Shown: in pieces, positions 1-9,760 of the stretch
How positions within the stretch are numbered: the stretch's first letter is position 1
Layout of the letters: every line of letters starts with the position of its first letter
From: Caldisericia bacterium
GTDB lineage: Bacteria > Caldisericota > Caldisericia > JAAYUI01
Length of the DNA stretch: 64,000 bases
NCBI GenBank assembly: GCA_963674785.1
Contig: OY771555.1
Coordinates: forward strand, 1,600,001-1,664,000
Reading direction: 5' to 3'
Notes under the pieces: model-generated
The model's database searches: none
What the model was told of the DNA's origin: nothing
Seen by the model: only the letters and a program-made list of their open reading frames with translations
Position numbers and translations under genes: made by a program

Positions 1-968
1 TCATTCAGATGGAAGATGAAATTGCTTCGATTACTTCGCTAATCGGTGCGTCTCTTGCGGGTGCAAAACCAATTACCGCTACATCTGGGCCTGGTTATTC
101 TCTAATGCAGGAAGGTCTAGGTTACGCACAGATGGTTGAGGCACCACTGGTCATCGTTGATGTCATGCGAGGAGGTCCATCAACAGGTCTTCCAACTAAA
201 CCAACACAAGCTGACGTTATGCAAGCAAGATGGGGAACACATGGCGATCACCCATCAATCGTTGTTTGTCCATCTTCAGTCAGAGAGTGTTACGACCTCA
301 TGATTCACGCTGTTAATCTTGCCGAAAGATTCAGAACACCTGTTATATTCCTTACAGACGAAGGTGTTGCACATATGAGGGAAAAGGTTGAGATTGATCT
401 TGATGAAGATGTGTATATTGAACCCAGAAAGCAACCAGGCAGACACTCTCAGTATCTCACATATAAAGCTGATGAAAACCTTGTCCCACATCAGGCATCT
501 TTTGGCTCTGGGTACAGGTCGGTTGTAACAGCTCTTTATCATGATGAGACAGGTTTCCAGAACACCTCAAGAGAGGTTGCGTATTCTCTTCAGAAAAGAT
601 TGATGGATAAAATTGATCTTTATATGGATCACATCACTCAGATCGAAGAGACAAATCTAGAAAAAGCCGAAACTGTCTTTGTTTCATATGGTGTTACCTC
701 AAGATCTGTTAACCAGTTTTTGGCTGATGAAAACAATCCAGAATACGGTGCTCTCAGACTCATAACTCTTTGGCCATTTGATTCTGAATTACTCAAGCAA
801 AAACTAAAGAATGCAAAGAATATTATCTTTCCTGAACTCAACATGGGTCAGATGGTTCGTGAACTTGAAAGATTGTTTGGTGATGAAAAGAGAATCATTC
901 CATTGAACAGGTGGGATGGTGAACTGATAACCCCACAGGAACTCAAAGAAGTGGTGGTGAACCTATGA
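1..968 (+). CDS. korA: 2-oxoacid:ferredoxin oxidoreductase alpha subunit (5' end outside window)
   Basis: Frame is open from the window edge (..IQMEDEI); MEDEIAS, TATSGPG and RGGPSTGLPT motifs; followed by beta and gamma subunits. Confidence 0.9.
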   Translation, partial: IQMEDEIASITSLIGASLAGAKPITATSGPGYSLMQEGLGYAQMVEAPLVIVDVMRGGPSTGLPTKPTQADVMQARWGTHGDHPSIVVCPSSVRECYDLMIHAVNLAERFRTPVIFLTDEGVAHMREKVEIDLDEDVYIEPRKQPGRHSQYLTYKADENLVPHQASFGSGYRSVVTALYHDETGFQNTSREVAYSLQKRLMDKIDLYMDHITQIEETNLEKAETVFVSYGVTSRSVNQFLADENNPEYGALRLITLWPFDSELLKQKLKNAKNIIFPELNMGQMVRELERLFGDEKRIIPLNRWDGELITPQELKEVVVNL

Positions 969-1789
969 GAGAACAGCTTTTAAAATATATGAAACAGGAC
1001 AAGTTGCCACATGTATTCTGTCCAGGATGTGGTAATGGTACTGTTATGAATGCAATGTTTACTGCAATTGAAGACCTTCAACTCGATCCAACTGAGATTT
1101 TGATTGTGGGTGGAATTGGATGTTCATCAAGAATTGCAACATATACAATTTTTGACTCAATGCATACACTTCATGGGAGAGCGATACCATTTGCGATTGG
1201 TGCCAAACTTGCAAACCCAAACCTTAAGGTTATTGTTATTACCGGTGATGGGGACTCTTCATCGATTGGTGGAAATCACTTGATTCATGCAGCAAGAAGA
1301 AATATGCCTTTGAATGTTTTCATCGTCAATAACCACATCTATGGAATGACTGGTGGACAGTTCAGCCCAACAACACCCGTTGGGTCATTTACAACAACCT
1401 CACCTTGTGGGCATGTTGAAGAGCCATTCAGTATTACCGATTTGTTGGTTGGAGCTGGGGCTCCTTTTGTCGCAAGGACAAGCACGTTCTACTTCAAAGA
1501 ACTTGTAAAAATGATGAAAATGTCTCTTCAAAGAGAAGGTTTTTCGGCAATTGATATTTTTGCACAATGCCCAACAAACTATGGAAGAAGCAATCAGCTT
1601 GGCGACCCATCCAAACTTGTGAAGATGCAGTCTGAATCCTTAGTCCCAGTCAATAAATTCAATGAAATGCCTGAGGAAGAACGCGAAGGTAAGTTTGCAA
1701 GAGGAATTGTTAGAGATAAACCAAGAACAACATTTATGGATCACTACAAAGCTTGTGTTCTTCTTACAAGAAGGGGGGTTAGAAACTAA
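965..1789 (+). CDS. korB: 2-oxoacid:ferredoxin oxidoreductase beta subunit (TPP-binding)
   Basis: FCPGCG, GIGCSSR, HGRA, GDGD..IGGNH, NNHIYGMTGGQFSPT; ATGA overlap with alpha. Confidence 0.92.
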   Translation: MREQLLKYMKQDKLPHVFCPGCGNGTVMNAMFTAIEDLQLDPTEILIVGGIGCSSRIATYTIFDSMHTLHGRAIPFAIGAKLANPNLKVIVITGDGDSSSIGGNHLIHAARRNMPLNVFIVNNHIYGMTGGQFSPTTPVGSFTTTSPCGHVEEPFSITDLLVGAGAPFVARTSTFYFKELVKMMKMSLQREGFSAIDIFAQCPTNYGRSNQLGDPSKLVKMQSESLVPVNKFNEMPEEEREGKFARGIVRDKPRTTFMDHYKACVLLTRRGVRN

Positions 1790-2385
1790 TGAACCCTTCA
1801 TGGAAAAAAATTAGTGCCGATCTTTTTGGTGGAAGAAAAGCCGAATCAATTAGATTTACTGGCTCGGGTGGACACGGACTTATAAGAGCGTCCGTTCTCC
1901 TTGCCCAGGCGGGTGTCTATGATGGACTCAATGTTTTGCAATCTCAAGTTTATGGCGCAGAAGCTCGTGGTGGTGCTACAAAGGGTGAGACTGTTGTTAG
2001 AAAAGGTGCAATTCATTACCCAAAACTTGTGATTCCTGATGTCCTTATTTCTTTAACAGATGAGGGACTAAAAAAATACAAAAATGATGTCGCAGAAAAC
2101 GGACTCATTGTTTTTGATTCAAGTTTGATTCCTGATGAAAAATCGTCTGATAAGGGGCCATACTCTTTTGGTATCCCGATGTGGGTAGAACTCATAAGAG
2201 AACTTGGTAGAGGGGTTGCAATCAATATTGTTACCCTTGGCATTCTTGTGGGACTTACAGAAATTGTTACAAGAAAATCCCTTGAACAGGCAGTTATTGA
2301 AGCTTTCAGAGCCGACTTCAAAGAGAACAACCTTCGAGCACTAAAAATGGCATACGAATTAGCAGAGGAGATCAGAGAACAATGA
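1789..2385 (+). CDS. korC: 2-oxoacid:ferredoxin oxidoreductase gamma subunit
   Basis: IRFTGSGGHG and YGAEARGG motifs; TAATG overlap with beta. Confidence 0.88.
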   Translation: MNPSWKKISADLFGGRKAESIRFTGSGGHGLIRASVLLAQAGVYDGLNVLQSQVYGAEARGGATKGETVVRKGAIHYPKLVIPDVLISLTDEGLKKYKNDVAENGLIVFDSSLIPDEKSSDKGPYSFGIPMWVELIRELGRGVAINIVTLGILVGLTEIVTRKSLEQAVIEAFRADFKENNLRALKMAYELAEEIREQ

Positions 2386-3797
2386 GTAATACCAAAAAAA
2401 TAATTGAACAGATTAAAGAAGTCGGCTGTGAGATGGTTGATTTTAAGATTGTTGATGCAGCCGGAAGACTTCATCATTTGATGATTCCGACAACTGCAAT
2501 CACAGAAGATAGTCTTGAGTTTGGTTTTGGATTTGATGGTTCAAATTTTGGTTTTGCAAAAACATCAAAATCTGACTTCATCGCAAGACCATGCCTTGAA
2601 GAAACAATTCAGCTTGATCCATGTATTGATGAACCAACTGTTTCATTTCTGTGCGATGTTTTTGAGGCTGGTGTAGATGTAAAACCATATGCATCAGACC
2701 CAAGAGCAGTTTTAAGAAAAGCGCGTGAATACATGCGTGGTCTCGGTGTTGCAGAGGATTCAGTCTGGGCACCAGAGCTCGAATTCCATGTGTTTGATGG
2801 CATTAAGCTTCGTACTGAGCCACATCTTCAGATGTATGAAATCGTTTCGTCAGAAGGTTATTGGGGACAGGAAGACGAAGAGTATTACTCAAACTACAGA
2901 CTCCCAAAAAAGCTTGGTTATCACGCAGTTCCTCCATATGACACAAACATGGACATCAGGGTTATAGCAACAAGAATGCTTACAGACCTTGGTTTTGATG
3001 TGAAATATCATCATCATGAGGTTGGTGGCCCAAGCCAGCAAGAAATTGAATTCAATCTCCAGGAAATGATGCAGGCTGCCGATTCCATTATTTGGGGCAA
3101 ATACATCATTAGAAACGTCGCAAACGAATTTGGAATGCATGCAACCTTTTTACCAAAACCAATCCATGCTGAGGCTGGAAACGGCATGCATGTCCATCAC
3201 AAACTCGTAGGTGGATCCGGAAATCCAAATGTGTTTGCTGATGCAAATGGTTATATGGGTCTTTCCAAGCTTGCTCTCTCTTTCCTTGCTGGAATCCTTG
3301 ACCATGCACCAGCGCTTGCAGCAATCTCAAACCCATCAACAAACTCATACAAGAGGCTTGTAAGAGGATACGAAGCACCATGCAATGTTTGTTACGGAAT
3401 GGCAAACAGAAATGCCGCTCTCAGAATCCCAGCATATGCAACAAAACCTGAAGAAAAAAGACTTGAGTATCGTGTTGGTGATGCAACTGCAAACCCATAC
3501 CTCATGCTCTCAGCAGTTCTTATGGCTGGACTCGATGGTGTCAAAAAAGATATGAACCCAGAAGGAAAATTTGGCCCGCTTGAAAACATGCCAAAGGGAT
3601 GGGAACCAGAAACAAATGTCCCAGCATCACTAAAAGAAGCACTCGATGCACTTAACGCTGACCACGATTTCCTTCTTGAAGGCGGAGTGTTCACCAAAGT
3701 TATGATTGAAAAATTCATTGATGACAAGATGGCAGACCATATTAGACTTGAAAGGCTTACACATCCAGTCGAGTTTGAGATGTATGACTTCATTTAA
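2382..3797 (+). CDS. glnA: glutamine synthetase type I
   Basis: FDGS, PELEF, HHHEV, ATFLPKP, GNGMHVH, NSYKRL..GYEAP, NRNAALRIP, RLEYR..DATANPYL. Confidence 0.95.
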   Translation: MSNTKKIIEQIKEVGCEMVDFKIVDAAGRLHHLMIPTTAITEDSLEFGFGFDGSNFGFAKTSKSDFIARPCLEETIQLDPCIDEPTVSFLCDVFEAGVDVKPYASDPRAVLRKAREYMRGLGVAEDSVWAPELEFHVFDGIKLRTEPHLQMYEIVSSEGYWGQEDEEYYSNYRLPKKLGYHAVPPYDTNMDIRVIATRMLTDLGFDVKYHHHEVGGPSQQEIEFNLQEMMQAADSIIWGKYIIRNVANEFGMHATFLPKPIHAEAGNGMHVHHKLVGGSGNPNVFADANGYMGLSKLALSFLAGILDHAPALAAISNPSTNSYKRLVRGYEAPCNVCYGMANRNAALRIPAYATKPEEKRLEYRVGDATANPYLMLSAVLMAGLDGVKKDMNPEGKFGPLENMPKGWEPETNVPASLKEALDALNADHDFLLEGGVFTKVMIEKFIDDKMADHIRLERLTHPVEFEMYDFI

Positions 3798-3825
3798 TAA
3801 TAATTAGATATAACTTGAACTATTG

Positions 3826-3850
3826 AGGCACCCGAAAGGGTGCCTTTTTT
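3826..3850 (+). terminator. intrinsic terminator of kor-glnA operon
   Basis: AGGCACCC-GAAA-GGGTGCCT hairpin followed by T-run. Confidence 0.85.
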
Positions 3851-4109
3851 ATTTGGTTTCTTTGTGGAGGATCGCTGTAACCACGACAATTTTTTTATCA
3901 TTATCAATCCAGTAGACTATTTTGAAATCAGAATCCTTTATCCATCTATAGTTTCCAAATTCATGCAAAAGAGCTTTACCAATCTTAAGTGGATTTGATT
4001 CCAGCTTGTTAATAGCGAACTTTATCCCAAAAAAAGCCGCCTTATTTTCCTTCTCAATTTGCTTCAGGTTGCTGAATGCTGTGTCGGTTGTGATTACTTG
4101 CCAGCTCAT
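3849..4109 (-). CDS. type II toxin, RelE/ParE family
   Basis: 86 aa basic protein, WQVITT..A..L, L..NP..GK.L, YRWI....KIVY.ID.....V pattern; ATGA overlap with upstream antitoxin. Confidence 0.8.
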   Translation of the reverse strand: MSWQVITTDTAFSNLKQIEKENKAAFFGIKFAINKLESNPLKIGKALLHEFGNYRWIKDSDFKIVYWIDNDKKIVVVTAILHKETK

Positions 4110-4381
4110 TCAGCAATGATTTCCTTTGCTTTTCCCCACCCAAGGATGTTCCCTATCTCGATGTCTCTTTCTGATTTGTTGATCATTTTCATCAATTCTG
4201 GATCAGACATTACCTCGAGTGTCTCCATGAGTGATTCAAAAGTTTCCCATGGAAGGACTGCAAGAACTGGAATATTTTTACTTGTGACCTTTAAAACCCC
4301 ATCCATCTCTTTTGATAGTTTTATCAGGTTTTTCCTGGTGTTTGTGATGGTGTCTTCTTCGATTATGCCAATTGAATTCAT
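4106..4381 (-). CDS. type II antitoxin, Phd/YefM family
   Basis: TITNTRKNL..L, VTSKNIPVLAVLPWETFESLMETLEVMSDPEL; ATG at 4381 with AGGAGA RBS (ORF track start 4438 is likely too long). Confidence 0.85.
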   Translation of the reverse strand: MNSIGIIEEDTITNTRKNLIKLSKEMDGVLKVTSKNIPVLAVLPWETFESLMETLEVMSDPELMKMINKSERDIEIGNILGWGKAKEIIAE

Positions 4382-4385
4382 ATTT

Positions 4386-4434
4386 TGTACATCTCCTGTA
4401 CAGTTAATGTACACTGTATGTACAGAATAGTCAA
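4386..4434 (-). promoter_or_regulatory. TA promoter with four TGTACA operator palindromes
   Basis: TGTACA at 4386, 4397, 4408 and 4419; TTGACT (4434-4429)-17 bp-TACATT (4411-4406). Confidence 0.7.
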
Positions 4435-4442
4435 CCAACGTA

Positions 4443-5402
4443 TTACAGTATGTGTGAATTTGTTATATCAGGTTCAAATAACCTTCTGTTGTTGAGATCT
4501 TGAACCAATAATCTACACATTTTCAGGGAGTCTGATGTGATTATATCAAGTATGTTATAATCATCGATAGTTAGAGACCGATGTACTTCATATGGAGTAT
4601 TTTCATCAATATCTGCTAGAAAAACACTACTACACTTTTCGTCAATTTTTTTACTTGATAGTAGTTTTGTTGCTTCTTTTATTTTGCTCCAATCAAAACT
4701 CTTATTTTTACTTTCGTTATCTTTTTTGTTTATGTCAATCAGTAAATCGAAATACCTGTCACAATAAAAGAGGATGTCTATTTCAGAATCAAAATCCTTT
4801 TGTTCATATTTCTTCTTTTTTATTGCACCCTTGTTTTGTCTAAAGAATTCTTCAGTAGAAATCACGAGCTCAAATTTACTCTTAAACTTTCTACTAGAGG
4901 TAACGTTTCCATGCATTGATCTTACATCAAGCTCAGGCCTTTTTATATGCGAAAAACCGTTTCTTAATAATCGAAAAAGAAAAAAGGCAAACTCATTCTC
5001 TTCGATATCATTAAAAAGGTCATTAAACTTCTGTCCATCTTTTGTTTTTTTCTTTGTAAGTGATGAGACATAACTTCTCGAGCTGAGTAGAAAGTTTGTA
5101 AATGATCTCCCCACTTCTAAATCCCAGTTAACCATGTTTTCAGGAGTTCTATAAAATATAGTGTTTTTTTCAGGAAACATGTTTCTGCTTAATGATTCAT
5201 CAATCCAATTCCAGTAATTGAAGCATTGCATTGAATCGTAGAAGTAAATGTAGTTCAATATTACAGAAAAGAAATCGGAATTGTTGTAAAAATATTCATT
5301 TATTGTTTTGAAGCTCTCTTCAAACTTGTTATAATTTTTGTATATTCGGAAGAACTTAAATCTATTGATCTGTTTAAAGTATTGAACAAGATATTTAGCC
5401 AC
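4443..5402 (-). CDS. hypothetical protein, possible HEPN-like RNase
   Basis: 319 aa AT-rich ORF, helical-looking, with RNGFSH (R-x4-H); overlaps mnmA stop. Confidence 0.55.
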   Translation of the reverse strand: MAKYLVQYFKQINRFKFFRIYKNYNKFEESFKTINEYFYNNSDFFSVILNYIYFYDSMQCFNYWNWIDESLSRNMFPEKNTIFYRTPENMVNWDLEVGRSFTNFLLSSRSYVSSLTKKKTKDGQKFNDLFNDIEENEFAFFLFRLLRNGFSHIKRPELDVRSMHGNVTSSRKFKSKFELVISTEEFFRQNKGAIKKKKYEQKDFDSEIDILFYCDRYFDLLIDINKKDNESKNKSFDWSKIKEATKLLSSKKIDEKCSSVFLADIDENTPYEVHRSLTIDDYNILDIITSDSLKMCRLLVQDLNNRRLFEPDITNSHIL

Positions 5403-6363
5403 TAATCACACCACTCCCAACCACAACATCCCCTACATAAAAAACAGCAAATTGTCCTGGGGTTGGGGCAAAGATTGGTTCATCAGAAAAAACGGTGTTC
5501 CCATCAATTTTGCAGGGCACAGCTTTTGAACGGTACCTGGTCATGACTGAAAGCTCATCAAAGACATCAAGCCTCAAATCAGTGATTTTAAAGCTTGTCA
5601 TCATTACATCATTTTTTCTGCCGATGATAAGTTGGTTGTTGCCAAAGTCTCGCTTCAGCACAAACCATGGCCCATCACCAAGCCTTAATCCTTTTTTCTG
5701 ACCAATTGTGTAGGCAAGAAGTCCATCGTGTGTGCCAACCTTTTTGCCATCAGTTGTTATCATGTCTCCAGGTGTTCCCAGACCAATCTTATTGCTGATC
5801 CATCCTCTTGTGTCTCCTGTTGCAAAACATGCATCCTGACTTGTTTTTGCGGTTGGTAGGTCAAAAACCATTGCTTCAGCTTCAGCTCTTGTGATAGAAG
5901 ACATTGGAAAGATGGTTTTTTCAATTATCTCATGTGGAACCCTGGAAAGTACGTAGCTTTGGTCTTTTTTTGAATCATCACCCCTACAAACCCTTATTTT
6001 TCCAAAAGCTTCTTTGGTTTTTGCATAGTGGCCGGTTGCGATTTTATCAAAACCACCACTTACTGCAAAATCAAATATTGCTCTGAATTTCACATGCTCA
6101 TTGCAGACAACACAGGGGTTTGGCGTAAATCCTGAAAGATTTGCTTCGATGAAATAATCGATGACGTTTTTTTGGAAAATATCTGAACAGTTCAAAATAT
6201 GAAGTTTGATAGAAAGAATATCGCAGATTTCAGAAACGTTAGAAATATCAGTTCCACCACATATCGGCAGAGTTGCTGCGGCCACCTCGTGTCCTTGTTT
6301 TTGGAGCATCACAACAGACGCAGTAGAGTCAACGCCGCCCGAAAAGCCGACAAGAATCTTCAT
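5395..6363 (-). CDS. mnmA: tRNA 2-thiouridine(34) synthase
   Basis: SGGVDS PP-loop, PNPCVVCN, ATGHYA, KDQSY, SQDAC, YTIGQ.KGL, PGQFAVFY. Confidence 0.95.
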   Translation of the reverse strand: MKILVGFSGGVDSTASVVMLQKQGHEVAAATLPICGGTDISNVSEICDILSIKLHILNCSDIFQKNVIDYFIEANLSGFTPNPCVVCNEHVKFRAIFDFAVSGGFDKIATGHYAKTKEAFGKIRVCRGDDSKKDQSYVLSRVPHEIIEKTIFPMSSITRAEAEAMVFDLPTAKTSQDACFATGDTRGWISNKIGLGTPGDMITTDGKKVGTHDGLLAYTIGQKKGLRLGDGPWFVLKRDFGNNQLIIGRKNDVMMTSFKITDLRLDVFDELSVMTRYRSKAVPCKIDGNTVFSDEPIFAPTPGQFAVFYVGDVVVGSGVISG

Positions 6364-7097
6364 ATCATTGCTAATTTTTGGATTAGAGTTGGAACGTCTG
6401 TTAGTGATGTTACCTGGAATGGATAGTCGGACGATGTACCGATTATTGGGTCAGCAAAGTGTATTGCCTTCATGTTTACTGCCTCTGCCCCCTTACAGTC
6501 TTTCATGATGTTATCACCAATCATTACGCATTGCTCTGGGTCTAGACCCATTTCTGAGGCAGTTTTGAGAAACGTTTCTCTGTGGGGTTTTCTGTATCCT
6601 CTCAGGTCGGAAAAATATGTGACTGGGATTCTTCTGAGCAATTCTGGGTATGCCTGGAGAATCTGTTCTCCGGATGCTCTTTCGGTGTTTGAGATTAGAC
6701 CCAATCTGTAACGTCTCGATAGTCTTTCGACAAGTTTCCTTGCCCCTGGGACTTCAGGACTTTTGATTGTGATATTTGATTTTGTGTAGGCTTCAATTTC
6801 TTTTGCAAGAGTATGACCGGAGACTTTTATTCGAAGTATTTCATTTACAACTCCAATTTGCTCTTTGATTGAAGTTCCTCTGTGTTTTCTTGCTCTTTCC
6901 CTTATTATGCTAGCAACACCGTCGTAGGCGAAAGAAATGTTTTTTCTTGTTACGACGTGACCAGCCATTGAAATGGTCGAGTGAAGCCTCGTAATTCTAT
7001 CTTCTCTTCTTTGTGATTCAATTGAAGGGAGGTCATAAATGAGGGTGTTCCAAAGATCTAGGATTACTCCAGATATCTCGACTCTTTTTCTTGGCAT
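6360..7097 (-). CDS. HAD-family hydrolase
   Basis: DLWNTL motif I, ISN motif II, KP, MIGDN...D motif IV; start at 7097 inferred from a TTGACT-17-GATAAT promoter just upstream. Confidence 0.8.
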   Translation of the reverse strand: MPRKRVEISGVILDLWNTLIYDLPSIESQRREDRITRLHSTISMAGHVVTRKNISFAYDGVASIIRERARKHRGTSIKEQIGVVNEILRIKVSGHTLAKEIEAYTKSNITIKSPEVPGARKLVERLSRRYRLGLISNTERASGEQILQAYPELLRRIPVTYFSDLRGYRKPHRETFLKTASEMGLDPEQCVMIGDNIMKDCKGAEAVNMKAIHFADPIIGTSSDYPFQVTSLTDVPTLIQKLAMI

Positions 7098-7156
7098 GGG
7101 ATACATTATCAAAGAAAAAGATTTACCAGTCAACTGTCGAATAATCAAAATGCACC

Positions 7157-7256
7157 TTGAATAGGGGGTTGTTTATGGTAGTATCCATCAGGTACCCAGA
7201 CTTCGTTTCATCGAATGTACAGGCGGTTGCGAAGTTTGAGGAATTAAAAGGAGAAA
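7157..7256 (+). promoter_or_regulatory. rpsO promoter and structured 5' leader
   Basis: TTGAAT-16-TAGTAT; AGACTTCG (7198-7205) pairs with CGAAGTTT (7230-7237) just before the AAGGAG RBS. Confidence 0.45.
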
Positions 7257-7529
7257 ATGAAAATGTACACAAAAGAAGAAAAACAGGAAATTATTAAGAA
7301 GTTTGCAGTCCATGAGGGCGACACAGGATCACCAGAAGTTCAGGTTGCTATTTTGACATCAAGAATCAACAACCTTGCAGTTCATCTTAAAGAGAACAAT
7401 CACGACCAGATCAGCAGAAAAGGATTGCTTCACATGGTAGGAAAAAGACATAAACTTCTCAGATATCTTAGAAATGTTGATGAGAAGAGATATTTGAGTT
7501 TGATTGAAACACTCGGACTTAGAAAATAA
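7257..7529 (+). CDS. rpsO: 30S ribosomal protein S15
   Basis: [18 protein letters not shown]...D..SR.GL..MVGKR. Confidence 0.97.
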   Translation: MKMYTKEEKQEIIKKFAVHEGDTGSPEVQVAILTSRINNLAVHLKENNHDQISRKGLLHMVGKRHKLLRYLRNVDEKRYLSLIETLGLRK

Positions 7530-9760
7530 TGACAATTACTGAAAGTGTGGAGCTTGGGCGAAAATGCCATACAGCAAAGGTTGTTGTTGCCGGTCGAGAG
7601 ATTGAAATAAAGATCGGCAAAGTTGCCGATCAAGCGGGTGGAGCAGCACTTGTTCAGTGTGGCGGAACAGTTGTTTTGGCTACAGCTTGTGTTGCCGATC
7701 AGCCAAGAGAGGGAATCGACTTCTTCCCATTGGTAATCGATTACACAGAAAATATGTTTGCTGCGGGAAAAATCCCCGGTGGCTTTTTCAAGCGTGGCGG
7801 AAGACCAACCGATCAAGATATTCTCAGGGCGCGAATGATCGATAGACCTGTAAGACCCCTGTTTCCAAAAAGCTTTAAAAACGAGGTTCAGGTCATTGTC
7901 AGCGTTTTATCATCAGATGGCATTAATTCCCCCGATATACTTGGGATTATTGCAGCATCAACTGCTCTAACATTATCCCCTGCTCCATTTGATGGGCCTG
8001 TGGCTGCTGTCAGGATTGGGCTTAAAGATGGTGAATATATAATCAATCCTCCATCAAAAGAGCTTGATGATCTAGATCTTGACCTTGTTGTTGTCGGCAC
8101 AAAAGATGCGATCATGATGGTTGAAGCTGGTTCAAATGAAATCAGTGAAGAACAGCTTTTAACTGGCCTAAAAACAGCTTGGGATAGCTGGGGTGACGTG
8201 ATTGATGCCCAGATCGAACTTGGCAAGATTGCTGGCAAACAAAAACTTGAGGTTCCAGAACTTGAGATTAATGAAAAGCTTGAATCTTTTGTAAAAGAGG
8301 AACTTTTCAAGTCGGGTGATGAATATCTTTTTAATCCGAACAAAGCTCAACGTGAAGGAGCCCAAGAAGAATTCAAAGAAATTCTTTTTGAGAAAGTTGA
8401 AGCAGAGTTTTCAGAGGAAGAGCTCGAATTTTTCAGTTCCGCATTCGATCGATCTTTAAAAGAATTTGTTCGAGACAGGATTGTCAACAAGGGTGTTAGA
8501 CCTGATGGCAGAGCAACTGATGAGATTAGAAAGATTGATATCGAAGTTGGAATGCTCCCAAACGCACATGGATCAGGAATCTTTTTGAGAGGTCAAACTC
8601 AGGTTTTATCAATTGCTGTTCTTGGTTCAAAGAGTGAGGGACAGCTAGTTGAAAGCTTGTCAGCTGAAGAAGTCAAGCATTACATGCATTACTATAGATT
8701 CCCACCATTTAGCGTTGGTGAGGTTAGACCGATGAGGGGACCATCAAGAAGAGATATTGGACATGGAAGTCTTGCGGAAAGAGCTTTAGTCCCAATGATT
8801 CCTGATGAGGAAGAGTTCCCATATGCAATCCAGGTTTTCTCAAATGTTCTTGAAAGTAATGGATCCTCATCGATGGCTTCAGTTTGCGGTAGCTCCCTTG
8901 CTTTGATGGACGCTGGTGTTCCAATAAAGAAGCCTGTTGCAGGAATCGCAATGGGTTTGATTGCCAAAGATGATAATATCCAGATTCTCACAGACATTCA
9001 GGGTGTTGAGGATGCTCTTGGTGATATGGATTTCAAAGTGGCTGGAACAAAAGATGGTATCACTGGAATCCAGATGGACATCAAGCTCAAGGGTATCAAT
9101 ATGGAGATTATCACAAATGCTCTTGAACAAGCCAAAAAGGCAAGACTTTTTATTCTCGGTAAAATGAACGATTGTATCGATATGCCGAGAGCTGAACTTG
9201 CTGCAACTGCTCCAAGAGTTTTGGTTGTAAAGATTGATCCTGACAAAATCAGAGACATCATCGGTCAGGGTGGAAAAACAATCAAAAAGATCATTGAGGA
9301 TACCGAGTGTAAACTCGACGTTGAGCAGGATGGAAGTGTCTTTATAACCGCTCCAAATATGGAAGCCGGTCTCCATGCAAAACGTGTTGTTGAAGAGATA
9401 GTTGAGGATGTAAAAGAAGGAAAGACCTATCTCGGCAAAGTTACAAGCATCAGGGATTTCGGTGCATTTGTTGATATTGGAAAAGGTGGAAAAGAGGGGC
9501 TTCTTCATATCTCAGAGATCGCCAACTACAGAGTCGAAAAAGTAGAAGACGAGATTCAGATTGGTGAAGAGTTGATGGTCATGGTCAAGAAGGTCGATGA
9601 CCAGGGAAAAATTGCCCTTACAAGAAAAGGACTGATTGATTCATCTGGATCTGATTCTGGAAAAAAGAATTCAGATAACGGAAAACATCATAAGAATAAT
9701 AATAACTCAAGTAGGCCCAAAAGAAACAACCATAAAAAACCAAACAACAAGAGAGAGTAA
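7529..9760 (+). CDS. pnp: polyribonucleotide nucleotidyltransferase
   Basis: FFPL, GKIPGGFFKR, RMIDRP.RPLF, ESNGSSSMAS, GDMDFKVAGT, KH and S1 domains; follows rpsO. Confidence 0.97.
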   Translation: MTITESVELGRKCHTAKVVVAGREIEIKIGKVADQAGGAALVQCGGTVVLATACVADQPREGIDFFPLVIDYTENMFAAGKIPGGFFKRGGRPTDQDILRARMIDRPVRPLFPKSFKNEVQVIVSVLSSDGINSPDILGIIAASTALTLSPAPFDGPVAAVRIGLKDGEYIINPPSKELDDLDLDLVVVGTKDAIMMVEAGSNEISEEQLLTGLKTAWDSWGDVIDAQIELGKIAGKQKLEVPELEINEKLESFVKEELFKSGDEYLFNPNKAQREGAQEEFKEILFEKVEAEFSEEELEFFSSAFDRSLKEFVRDRIVNKGVRPDGRATDEIRKIDIEVGMLPNAHGSGIFLRGQTQVLSIAVLGSKSEGQLVESLSAEEVKHYMHYYRFPPFSVGEVRPMRGPSRRDIGHGSLAERALVPMIPDEEEFPYAIQVFSNVLESNGSSSMASVCGSSLALMDAGVPIKKPVAGIAMGLIAKDDNIQILTDIQGVEDALGDMDFKVAGTKDGITGIQMDIKLKGINMEIITNALEQAKKARLFILGKMNDCIDMPRAELAATAPRVLVVKIDPDKIRDIIGQGGKTIKKIIEDTECKLDVEQDGSVFITAPNMEAGLHAKRVVEEIVEDVKEGKTYLGKVTSIRDFGAFVDIGKGGKEGLLHISEIANYRVEKVEDEIQIGEELMVMVKKVDDQGKIALTRKGLIDSSGSDSGKKNSDNGKHHKNNNNSSRPKRNNHKKPNNKRE

